Notes under the pieces: generated by a model
The model's database searches: none
The model's input: only the letters and a program-made list of their open reading frames with translations
Told to the model about the DNA's origin: nothing
Assembly (NCBI GenBank): GCA_016839995.1
Contig: JAEOTD010000055.1
Location: forward strand, 1-60,350
Direction: 5' to 3'
From: Candidatus Hermodarchaeota archaeon
GTDB taxonomy: Archaea; Asgardarchaeota; Hermodarchaeia; Hermodarchaeales; Hermodarchaeaceae
Length of the DNA stretch: 60,350 nt
Shown here: piece after piece, positions 38,127-45,818 of the stretch
How the letters are laid out: each line of letters starts with the position of its first letter
How positions within the stretch are numbered: the first letter of the stretch is position 1
Program-made: the position numbers and the translations under genes

Positions 38127-39434
38127 TCACTCCCGAATGAAATGTGAAAGGTCGACTTTGGGAAAGTTGGCCTTTGCGTAAGTTTTACCCTCTGCTTTCA
38201 GGGGGTGGGTGAGGTCAAATCCGATTTTTGTGGTCAAATATGTTCCCGGTTCCGAACTTGGATCGAGGCTGCTTCCCCGTTCTTTGTCTTTCACAATCAT
38301 GTCCACATCTCCTTGAAATCGGGTAGCCATAGCCCATTCCACGTCGAGAGGGTCATAGATGTCGATGTCTTTGTCGACAACATAGACGTGTTTACAGCTG
38401 CGATGACCTTCGAATGCTCCTTCAATGGCAAGTTTGCCGTCTTCTTCGCGCTGTTTGTCAATCTTCACGATGGCGTGTAGCCAACTGCATCCTCCTGGAT
38501 TTACATTCACATCAAGGCAGCGTACTCCCTTCTCGTTGACCTTGCGGAAAATGGTTGGTTCACGGGGCATGCCCATGAGGATTTTGTGTTCAAAGGCTCC
38601 AGGGAGAAGGGCTTGCCAGATGGCATCTTTCCGGTGCGTGATGCAGGTGACTTCGAAAAGGGGTTCGTTTCGAATTACATCATAGGTTTGGGTAAGATCA
38701 ATAAAAGGTCCTTCATCATGGCGTTTATCTCGGTAAACTTTGCCTTCGATAACCCATTCGCAGTCAGCAGGGATAAGGAGATTCGAGGTTTTTGCTTTTA
38801 CGACGCGGATAGGTTCAAGTGCGTTGGCAATTTCGAGTTCGTTTATCCCAATGTCAACACTGGTCGCAGCAGCAACAAGAATGTTGGGTGTGTTGCCAAT
38901 ACAGAATGCCACATTCACTTCACCGAGGTCTTCTAGAAAGGCGTGAAAGTTTCGTTTTGCAACTACACGCGTACTCATCAAATCTTTTTTGATTTGCATC
39001 GCTCGATGAAAGTCAAGGTTTTGACCGTACTTAGGATGCCCGACAACAACAACAGCCGAGGAGATATAGGGTCCACCGTCCCGCTCGTTATGGAAGAGAA
39101 TGGGAACCTTGTCAAGGTCAACATCAGTTTCGACGACTTCTTGGCAGGGGGCGTCTTGGATTACTTCGGGGGTGGATCGATCTTCGATGGCTTTGTTTAA
39201 TGTGGGAATGATGTCACCGGTTGTAATTCCAAGATAATCGGCGACACTTTCTTTACTACAAAAGAGGTTCCCCATAATTCGATAATCTGAATCCTTTACA
39301 TTTTCAAAGAGAACTGGTTTGGGTTCAATTGCTTTGAGAACACCGCCTGCTTCAAGGCGTTTGGATACTGGTTTGGTTATTTTAAGGAGTGAACCCGTTT
39401 TGTCCAATTTGTTGAGATGTTCACGTAAACCCAT
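38127..39434 (-). CDS. UbiD-family decarboxylase; probable anhydromevalonate phosphate decarboxylase
   Basis: 435 aa UbiD-like. The functional call comes from its position between mvk and the AcnX subunits. Confidence 0.7.
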   Translation of the reverse strand: MGLREHLNKLDKTGSLLKITKPVSKRLEAGGVLKAIEPKPVLFENVKDSDYRIMGNLFCSKESVADYLGITTGDIIPTLNKAIEDRSTPEVIQDAPCQEVVETDVDLDKVPILFHNERDGGPYISSAVVVVGHPKYGQNLDFHRAMQIKKDLMSTRVVAKRNFHAFLEDLGEVNVAFCIGNTPNILVAAATSVDIGINELEIANALEPIRVVKAKTSNLLIPADCEWVIEGKVYRDKRHDEGPFIDLTQTYDVIRNEPLFEVTCITHRKDAIWQALLPGAFEHKILMGMPREPTIFRKVNEKGVRCLDVNVNPGGCSWLHAIVKIDKQREEDGKLAIEGAFEGHRSCKHVYVVDKDIDIYDPLDVEWAMATRFQGDVDMIVKDKERGSSLDPSSEPGTYLTTKIGFDLTHPLKAEGKTYAKANFPKVDLSHFIRE

Positions 39435-39454
39435 CTAATTCACCTCGTGTTATC

Positions 39455-40393
39455 TTATACTCCGATTTGGTAACGCCATGCTGAATAACCACGTTGTTTG
39501 ACTGCGCCAAACACGTTATTTTGTAGTTCCCTCCCAGGCGTTAGTGCCACCATATTCCCACCTCGTCCGGTTCCTGTTAGTTTCGCACCCCAGGCTCCTG
39601 CCTGTCGGGAGACTCCTACTAGCTCTTCTATTTCTACGCAAGAGACATCAATTTCGATCAGTAGATTATGGTTTTGGTTCATAAGGAGACCAATGAGTTG
39701 GAGATCGTGGTCATCGAATCCTTGACGTGCAGCATTTACAATATCTAGGTAGTCTTCGGTAATTTGATCAAACCACTTTGTTTTTTCTTCCTTCATTCGA
39801 CGGACGTCACCGACGACTTCTTTTGTGCTGGCAGTTATTCCAGTGCTAGCAATCAAAATGTCGGTGGGTTCTTTCATTTTGATGGTTTCTATTGTTGGTG
39901 GTCCTCCGGCTGGATCACGTTTGTACCAGACAATCCCGCCGAAAGTTGCTGCAGTATTGTCGATTCCGCTAGGTGTTCCATGATAGCCCTTTTCCCCTTC
40001 GAAGGCACACGCGTTAACTTTGTTATCGTCCCAGCCTAAGCGAAACTCTTCGCTTAAAGCACGGGCAATCGCTGTACAGCTGGCAGCACTGGCTCCAATA
40101 CCACTGGCACAGACAAGTTTTCCACCTAAGGTGATTGTAAGTCCTTGTTCACTCAAATCAATATCAGCGAATCGAAGAATGTTTTCAATGGATTGGGTTT
40201 GTTCATCGAGTTTCTTCTTTTTGTAGCCTGGGACTGCGGGACGATTGTCTGTCAACGTCCACCCGGGTTCGGATTTTCGACGGATAATCGCGGTGGTAGT
40301 GGACCCCACAGCGGCTGCAATGGCTGGGAAACCATAGACAACAAAGTGTTCGCCAAAGAGAATGGTCTTTCCGTAACCTGAACCTCTTGCCAT
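39455..40393 (-). CDS. mvk: mevalonate kinase
   Basis: GKTILFGEHFVVYG and the GHMP motif ASGIGASAASCTAIARAL. ATG 40393 lies 6 nt after GGGAGGT. Confidence 0.88.
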   Translation of the reverse strand: MARGSGYGKTILFGEHFVVYGFPAIAAAVGSTTTAIIRRKSEPGWTLTDNRPAVPGYKKKKLDEQTQSIENILRFADIDLSEQGLTITLGGKLVCASGIGASAASCTAIARALSEEFRLGWDDNKVNACAFEGEKGYHGTPSGIDNTAATFGGIVWYKRDPAGGPPTIETIKMKEPTDILIASTGITASTKEVVGDVRRMKEEKTKWFDQITEDYLDIVNAARQGFDDHDLQLIGLLMNQNHNLLIEIDVSCVEIEELVGVSRQAGAWGAKLTGTGRGGNMVALTPGRELQNNVFGAVKQRGYSAWRYQIGV

Positions 40394-40530
40394 TTTGTTT
40401 GACCTCCCGGAGTAATTAGTCATGGCGGGAAATAAGGCATTCAGCCTCATTACTTTCGGGAAATACGAGTCGATTCTGAGCTAAGCGCTTAAGAGCCTTT
40501 CCATGACTCGAGGAAAAGAGGAGGGTAGAG

Positions 40531-41145
40531 TTAGGCTTCTGTTCGTCGCAGGGTTGCCTCAAAGTCTTCTACTTTGAATGGGAATTCAGCTTCTGGTGTG
40601 AGTTGGCCTCGTTCTCGGAGAACCTGTCGTGAAAGGAGCCAATAGGTGAGTGAAAGGGATTTTCGACCCTTATTATTGCAGGGAATGGCGAGATCAATAT
40701 ATTGTAGGGAGTTATCTGTGTCAACCAGGGCTACAACGGGGACGCGTATTTTTGCGCCTTCTCGGACAGCTTGCGCGTCAGCCCTTGGATCAGTAATGAA
40801 GATGAGAGAGGGTTCTGTGTATTGGGGTAGGCGGGGATTGGTAAAAGTGCCTGGAATGAAGCGACCTGAAAGTGGAGTAGCTCCGATGACTGTGCAAAAG
40901 GTGTTGATGGGTTTTTGAGCGTACTGGCGTGCACCTACCACAGCTACAGCAGAAGGTTCGACACGGGCGAGCATTCGTGATGCAACACGAATTCGTTCAT
41001 CGAATTTTCGAATATCGAGAACATACAGTCCATCTTGGCGTACTCGGTAAATGTACGGTTCCATAGTGACTGTTTTCACTTGCGTACCAATGTGAATACC
41101 AGCAGCGAGGTATTGGTCCAGGGCAATGAGAAGGTCTTCAGTCAT
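40531..41145 (-). CDS. rps2: 30S ribosomal protein S2 (uS2)
   Basis: 204 aa. YLAAGIHIGTQ, and ITDPRADAQAVREA-like region. Confidence 0.95.
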   Translation of the reverse strand: MTEDLLIALDQYLAAGIHIGTQVKTVTMEPYIYRVRQDGLYVLDIRKFDERIRVASRMLARVEPSAVAVVGARQYAQKPINTFCTVIGATPLSGRFIPGTFTNPRLPQYTEPSLIFITDPRADAQAVREGAKIRVPVVALVDTDNSLQYIDLAIPCNNKGRKSLSLTYWLLSRQVLRERGQLTPEAEFPFKVEDFEATLRRTEA

Positions 41146-41147
41146 AG

Positions 41148-41348
41148 TTATGTTCGCTCCGCAAATTGAAGGACAGAATCGATGATATCAACATGGCTTA
41201 GAAGCATTCGTCGACAGCAATAGCGCTTTAGCCCCATTGAATCTAAAACAGCTGTAGAATCTTCTCCTTGCCTCACACGACGGCTATACTCTTCCCATTT
41301 GTCAGCAACAAGCCGACCACACGTGAAACACCGTATTGGAATAATCAT
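41148..41348 (-). CDS. rpoN: DNA-directed RNA polymerase subunit Rpo10 (RpoN)
   Basis: [21 protein letters not shown]...RYCCRRM. Confidence 0.95.
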   Translation of the reverse strand: MIIPIRCFTCGRLVADKWEEYSRRVRQGEDSTAVLDSMGLKRYCCRRMLLSHVDIIDSVLQFAERT

Positions 41349-41362
41349 GGATTTTTTCTCCT

Positions 41363-41764
41363 CTATCGATAACTTTTCTGCTTTTTCGCTCGTGCGCCAG
41401 GACCACCGAATTTCTTCTTTTCTTTTCGCCGTGAATCGCCTGCCATTAGTGTTCGATCATATTCAACATACGCCTTACGAAGATCTGCACTTTTCGTGAA
41501 GTCTACAAGGCCACGAGCTATGGCAATGCGGGAGGCTTGAGCTTGGCCCATTACGCCTCCACCTCGAACGTTTACCCGAATGTCCACCTTTGTGGCAATA
41601 TCAGGTCCTGCAATCATTATTGGTTCTTCAATTATTTGGCGTGCCATGAGTGGAGTGAAATTATCGAGGGGGGTCTTGTTAATTTGAATTCGCCCCGTTC
41701 CTTCCCTTACGGTGGCTCGGGCAATGGCGGTTTTCCGTTTTCCTGAACTTACTGTTATTTTCAT
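41363..41764 (-). CDS. rps9: 30S ribosomal protein S9 (uS9)
   Basis: [17 protein letters not shown]...[17 protein letters not shown] overlaps the rpl13 stop (ATGA). Confidence 0.95.
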   Translation of the reverse strand: MKITVSSGKRKTAIARATVREGTGRIQINKTPLDNFTPLMARQIIEEPIMIAGPDIATKVDIRVNVRGGGVMGQAQASRIAIARGLVDFTKSADLRKAYVEYDRTLMAGDSRRKEKKKFGGPGARAKKQKSYR

Positions 41765-42231
41765 GCAGATCCCTTCCATCCCAGTTCTCGGGCAATTTCG
41801 CCTAGGTAGATGGTTCGACGTCCCGTACGTTCATACTCTGAGACGTCAAGATGTCGTTTAGTTTTAAGCCCGTCAGGAGTTCCTGTATAAACTCGGAGAC
41901 GTTTCATGGCCTTCCGTCCGCGGTCTTTTTTCCATGGAACCATTCCGCGGATTATGCGTCGTAGCATACGATCGGGTTGACGTGGATGTAATGGACCTTT
42001 CCATGGGGCGGTTCGGGTTCGGAGCCCTAAACGCTCTTTGTATTGTAAGATGAGGCTTGAGCGATCACCGGATAAGACTGCTTTTTCAGCATTGATTACC
42101 ACGACGTGTTCGCCTTGAAGGAGCTGTTTTGCCACTATGGTGGCTAACCGGCCAGCAACCGTGTTGTTAGCATCAACTAGGAGTGGTTCGCGAGGTGTGG
42201 GCGCTTCTGTTTTTGTTGATTGTTTAGCCAT
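41761..42231 (-). CDS. rpl13: 50S ribosomal protein L13 (uL13)
   Basis: 156 aa. VDANNTVAGRLATIVAKQLLQGEHVVVINAE. Confidence 0.95.
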   Translation of the reverse strand: MAKQSTKTEAPTPREPLLVDANNTVAGRLATIVAKQLLQGEHVVVINAEKAVLSGDRSSLILQYKERLGLRTRTAPWKGPLHPRQPDRMLRRIIRGMVPWKKDRGRKAMKRLRVYTGTPDGLKTKRHLDVSEYERTGRRTIYLGEIARELGWKGSA

Positions 42232-42244
42232 TTCTGTGTCCTCC

Positions 42245-42604
42245 TTAGCTGATGATTAGGGCATTCTTGCCTGTTGGGTTCTTTTCCATGAACTCTTCAA
42301 TTGTTAAGCATTGACCACCTTTACCCTCAATCTTAGCCCGTGCTTGGGCTGAAAAGGCAACGGCGGCAACACTGAGTTTGTCTTCGATGATGCCATCACC
42401 GAGGACCTTACCAGGAACAACCATTACACGACCACGAGTATAATGGCGCTGTAAATCACCAACATTGACAGTAACTCGGATTCTACGGGCTGATTGCAAA
42501 TCGTCGTGTAGATTTCGCCAGATACGACCTCCAGGATTTCGGGACTGGCGTTTCAGTTTAATGATAAGCTGTTGCCGAGTTTCATCAGTGGTTTTTGATT
42601 TCAC
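42245..42604 (-). CDS. rpl18e: 50S ribosomal protein L18e (eL18)
   Basis: 119 aa. Conserved position between rpoD and rpl13. VNVGDLQR...VVPGKVLGDG. Confidence 0.9.
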   Translation of the reverse strand: MKSKTTDETRQQLIIKLKRQSRNPGGRIWRNLHDDLQSARRIRVTVNVGDLQRHYTRGRVMVVPGKVLGDGIIEDKLSVAAVAFSAQARAKIEGKGGQCLTIEEFMEKNPTGKNALIIS

Positions 42605-42616
42605 GGTGGATCACGT

Positions 42617-43582
42617 TCACTTCGATTTCTTCTTCTTGGATTTGGAGGCAGCTTTTTTCTTGGTCGAGGTAGTTTTAGATTTCTTTGGAGCCTTCTTTTT
42701 GGTGGTCGTTTTCTTTTTCTTGGTAGTTTTGGGCTTAGTAGGGGCAGCCTTTTTGGCTTTCGGCTTTGCAGTGACTTTGGGTGCTCGCCCAGGAAGAAGC
42801 TTGATAAGTTCTTCGTATTTCTTCCGGAAGACATCCAGTCCTTTCTCAACGATTTGCTCAGGGGGAGCAGCGCCTGTGGATTCGATTGTTACAATGAAGC
42901 TATTTTCATCATAGGTAACTTTGATTGCTTGAACATCACATGTTTCTACACACAGATTACACATCGTACAATTCATTTCATCGACTACTACAGCCTTGTT
43001 GTCCTGCATTTTGAAAACTTGTCGAAAACAAGCATTCACACATTCTTTGCATCCATCACATTTCTTGGCATCAACTTCCACGTGGGGAATCATTTTGTAA
43101 GCCATGGTGGATACGGGTTGCCACTTGGCATGGTCTAGCCCAATTCCCAACCGGGCATACGCTTCAACGACAATTCGTTGACCCTTTGCCATTTTTGCAA
43201 TTGGAATCTTATCACTAACAGGAACAGTGTCTGGATCTTGAGGTTTTAGGTCTCCCGTCGTAGCAAGAAACCCATCTTCGGGGGCTTCTACTTCCATGGT
43301 GAATCCTGCTTGACATAGGTGACAACCTGCCCCCTCACATGTACATTCTGAGGAGAGGACGTAGGTGTCAAAATTAGTTGTCAATGGAACAAGACCAAGA
43401 CGATGAGCGATAATTTCGTCAAAGAGAGGTGATTGGTTTTCAAGGATTACAACTTCTTCAATAGCCATCGAGGGGGTTTCCGCTATGATGATACGGCGTA
43501 TGGCATTCATTAGACCAGGACGTACTTCTTCTACACGTAAAGTAAGGGTGTCTTCTGTTTTTTCAAGTACGGTTATTTTCAT
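42617..43582 (-). CDS. rpoD: DNA-directed RNA polymerase subunit Rpo3 (RpoD) with ferredoxin-like 2x[4Fe-4S] motifs and Lys-rich C-terminal tail
   Basis: MKITVLEKTEDTLTLRVEEV start at ATG 43582. CDGCKECVNAC and CTMCNLCVETC motifs. The last ~55 aa are APKVTAKPKAKKAAPTKPKTTKKKK...SKKKKSK. The longer ORF-track start overlaps rps11. Confidence 0.9.
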   Translation of the reverse strand: MKITVLEKTEDTLTLRVEEVRPGLMNAIRRIIIAETPSMAIEEVVILENQSPLFDEIIAHRLGLVPLTTNFDTYVLSSECTCEGAGCHLCQAGFTMEVEAPEDGFLATTGDLKPQDPDTVPVSDKIPIAKMAKGQRIVVEAYARLGIGLDHAKWQPVSTMAYKMIPHVEVDAKKCDGCKECVNACFRQVFKMQDNKAVVVDEMNCTMCNLCVETCDVQAIKVTYDENSFIVTIESTGAAPPEQIVEKGLDVFRKKYEELIKLLPGRAPKVTAKPKAKKAAPTKPKTTKKKKTTTKKKAPKKSKTTSTKKKAASKSKKKKSK

Positions 43583-43622
43583 ATCCTGTCTACCTCTTTT
43601 TGAAGCCCTTCGTTCCACCTCA

Positions 43623-44291
43623 TTATACTCTTCGACCACGACGGCCTCCAGGACGGCGTGTACCGTCATGAGGCATTGGTGTAACTTCCTCAATTCGACC
43701 AATTCGTAGACCTGCACGTGCAAGGGCACGGATGGCTGCTTGAGCGCCTGGACCAGGAGTTTTTGGTCCATGACCACCGGGAGCCCGAACTTTGATGTTT
43801 ACTCGAGTGATGTCTTTATCCATTGCTGCACGGGCTGCGCGAAATGCCGCTTGCATCGCAGCATAAGGTGAGCTTTCATCGCGATCTGCCCGTACAATCA
43901 TTCCGCCGGATGCACGAGCGATAGTTTCGGCTCCTGTAATGTCGGTGATGTGCACGATGGTGTCATTATAGGAACTGTAAATGTGTGCAACTCCCCATTT
44001 TTCTTTGCTGTCAACGGGAGTGGGTGTACGAGCACGTCCCCCTGAACGAGGTGGGCGAGTCCGAGTTCGTCGGGCTGGTTTCTCCTCTTTCTTCTCCACG
44101 GATTTGGGAGTCGCTTTTTTCTTTGCAGGTTTGGCTTCTTTCTTTTCGGCTTTTTCAGGTTCTTTAGTTTCTGTGGGAGTTTCTTGCTTAGTGTCTTCAA
44201 CCACAGGTTCTGGTTTCGGCTTCGGCGCTTTTTTGGGTTTCTTTTCAGGCGCTTCTTCCGGTTCCTTTGGGGTTTCCTTTTCTTCTGCCAT
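43623..44291 (-). CDS. rps11: 30S ribosomal protein S11 (uS11) with ~90-aa Lys/Glu/Pro-rich N-terminal extension
   Basis: The core is [22 protein letters not shown]...VRAPGGHG.... The N-terminus is [28 protein letters not shown].... Confidence 0.92.
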   Translation of the reverse strand: MAEEKETPKEPEEAPEKKPKKAPKPKPEPVVEDTKQETPTETKEPEKAEKKEAKPAKKKATPKSVEKKEEKPARRTRTRPPRSGGRARTPTPVDSKEKWGVAHIYSSYNDTIVHITDITGAETIARASGGMIVRADRDESSPYAAMQAAFRAARAAMDKDITRVNIKVRAPGGHGPKTPGPGAQAAIRALARAGLRIGRIEEVTPMPHDGTRRPGGRRGRRV

Positions 44292-44318
44292 AAGCCATCA
44301 CCAAATAAACATAATCAA

Positions 44319-45050
44319 TTACTTTGCTCCCTTTTTCGTTGAGACCGCTTTCTTTTCCTTCGCAGGAGGTTCTGAGGGTACTTCCTCGCTCTCAACTTCT
44401 TCAAGGTCTTCTTCTTTGTCTACTTCTTCCTCGAGTTCAACTTCTTTGATTTCACGAACCTTCGGAATCTTGACTTCAATTTTCTCTTTCAGAGCAGGTT
44501 CTGGGATCTCAGGGGTCGGGGCCGGAGCAGTGACTTCACCCTTTGGAAGTTCGGGGTGCAAAGAGTGACCATAGGGGCTTTTTGGAGCATATTTGAGCTG
44601 TTTTTCCTGATCCCGATAAAGTAGCATACCTGGAGAAGTTACACGATGCTTATCCAATACAATATGTCCATGAACAATCAATTGGCGAGCATGATGCATC
44701 GTCTTAGCTAGACCCTGACGCAACACCTGTGTTTGGAGTCGCCGTTCGAGCACATCCCGGATAGTCAAATTCAAAATGTCATCAAGTCGTGAATCTTTAC
44801 CAATGAGCGCTAGGCGGGTGAGTCGACCGATTAGTTGACCTTCTCGTACTACTCGTTCTTCAATAGAGAGTGCAACAAGATCTCGTGCAGTACCACGAAA
44901 CTGAGTGAGTTGGGTTCGATGTTTCCAGAGCTCCCGTTTATTCCGTAGCCCATATTCCCCGACGTAGATGAGTTCCTCAGCAAGTCGTGTCTTTTGCCAA
45001 GGATGGCCGGGTGCAACGTATTTCTTCTTTGGTTTGCGTATTCCGCCCAT
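44319..45050 (-). CDS. rps4: 30S ribosomal protein S4 (uS4) with ~75-aa Pro/Glu/Lys-rich C-terminal extension
   Basis: GGIRKPKKKYVAPGHPW, plus an S4 domain. The tail is APAPTPEIPEPALKEKIEV...ELEEEVDKEEDLEEVESEEVPSEPPAKEKKAVSTKKGAK. Confidence 0.92.
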   Translation of the reverse strand: MGGIRKPKKKYVAPGHPWQKTRLAEELIYVGEYGLRNKRELWKHRTQLTQFRGTARDLVALSIEERVVREGQLIGRLTRLALIGKDSRLDDILNLTIRDVLERRLQTQVLRQGLAKTMHHARQLIVHGHIVLDKHRVTSPGMLLYRDQEKQLKYAPKSPYGHSLHPELPKGEVTAPAPTPEIPEPALKEKIEVKIPKVREIKEVELEEEVDKEEDLEEVESEEVPSEPPAKEKKAVSTKKGAK

Positions 45051-45061
45051 ATTCTATTCAC

Positions 45062-45517
45062 CTAGGCTCCTCGTCGTTTACGGGTAACACCAACTGTTCG
45101 TCCTCGTCGACCAGTGCAGCGTGTGCGTTGCCCTCGAACCTTCAATCCGAGTCCATGACGGATTCCTTTCCAACTCTTGGTCTTCATCATGTAGTCCACG
45201 TCCATTTTGAGTTGGAAGTCTAGGTCTGCACCGATGAGGTGCTTATTTTCACCAGTTTTCATATCCTTCTGCCGGTTTAGCATCCAATGCGGAATACCAA
45301 AATTCGAAGGCGCTTCGAGGATTTTTTCAATTTTTGTAACATCCTCGTCGGTGATGAAACCAGCGCGTTGATCTGGGTTAAGCCCTGCAGCTTCAACGAT
45401 AGCCCGGGCTAACCGGCGTCCAACACCCTTAACAGCGCTTATAGCCCTGTCAAGTTTTTGGCTGCCATCGATGTCGGTTCGCGCAACGCGGATTATATGT
45501 CGATATGAAGATGACAA
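45062..45517 (-). CDS. rps13: 30S ribosomal protein S13 (uS13)
   Basis: 151 aa. IIRVARTDIDGSQKL...VKGVGRRLA. Confidence 0.95.
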   Translation of the reverse strand: MSSSYRHIIRVARTDIDGSQKLDRAISAVKGVGRRLARAIVEAAGLNPDQRAGFITDEDVTKIEKILEAPSNFGIPHWMLNRQKDMKTGENKHLIGADLDFQLKMDVDYMMKTKSWKGIRHGLGLKVRGQRTRCTGRRGRTVGVTRKRRGA

Positions 45518-45644
45518 GTTAGCACCTCAAGTAGCACTAGCTCTGAGCTATCGCAATCGAAATACAGAACCGCTTTTAAATGTGTTGCCAAAGTCCGAAT
45601 CTTCCTGAGCCTTTTTTCCCCATAGAGAAAGGCAGATACAACTA

Positions 45645-45656
45645 AATCCTTAAAGG
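45645..45656 (+). promoter_or_regulatory. candidate TATA-like element for tRNA-Ser
   Basis: AAATCCTTAAAG is centred ~29 nt upstream of the mature tRNA 5' end. Weak match. Confidence 0.25.
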
Positions 45657-45680
45657 GCATGTGTTGGAAGGAAACGGCGA

Positions 45681-45796
45681 GCCGCGGTAGCCAAGTGGTT
45701 TACGGCGCAGGCCTGGAATTTAAACCCAAACCGGGTATTGACCTAACAGCCTGTGACCTTCGGGTCGCACGAGTTCGAATCTCGTCCGCGGCGCCA
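45681..45796 (+). tRNA. tRNA-Ser (anticodon GGA) with 29-nt intron at 37/38 and genomically encoded CCA
   Basis: Acceptor GCCGCGG/CCGCGGC. Anticodon stem CAGGC/GCCUG with loop CU-GGA-A[intron]A. Long variable arm GACC-UUCG-GGUC. T arm ACGAG-UUCGAAU-CUCGU. Discriminator G plus CCA. Confidence 0.9.
45719..45747 (+). other. tRNA-Ser intron
   Basis: 29 nt between A37 and A38. Internal helix UUAA/UUGA plus ACCC/GGGU. The central BHB helix has only two G-C pairs. Confidence 0.75.
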
Positions 45797-45797
45797 C

Positions 45798-45816
45798 TGC
45801 TTTTTCTGAAATTTTC
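45798..45816 (+). terminator. oligo-T tract downstream of tRNA-Ser
   Basis: TGCTTTTTCTGAAATTTTC has T5 and T4 runs, typical of archaeal termination signals. Confidence 0.45.
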
Positions 45817-45818
45817 CT

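Noticed and set aside
43583-43777. Long N-terminal extensions of track ORFs (Rpo3 to 43777, uL24 to 57912, uS15 to 24728, eS4 to 57347, eS6 to 31438, MVK to 40450)
   Set aside because: The extensions overlap the upstream conserved gene or lack homology. Internal ATGs with an SD give the canonical protein starts.
43981-44568. 195-aa plus-strand ORF, with similar antisense ORFs at 42465-42914, 27219-27512, 50753-50998 and 56168-56503
   Set aside because: All are mirror images of the K/P/A/E-rich tails of uS11/uS4, Rpo3/eL18, eS24, uL15 and uL5. They are artefacts of low-complexity sequence.
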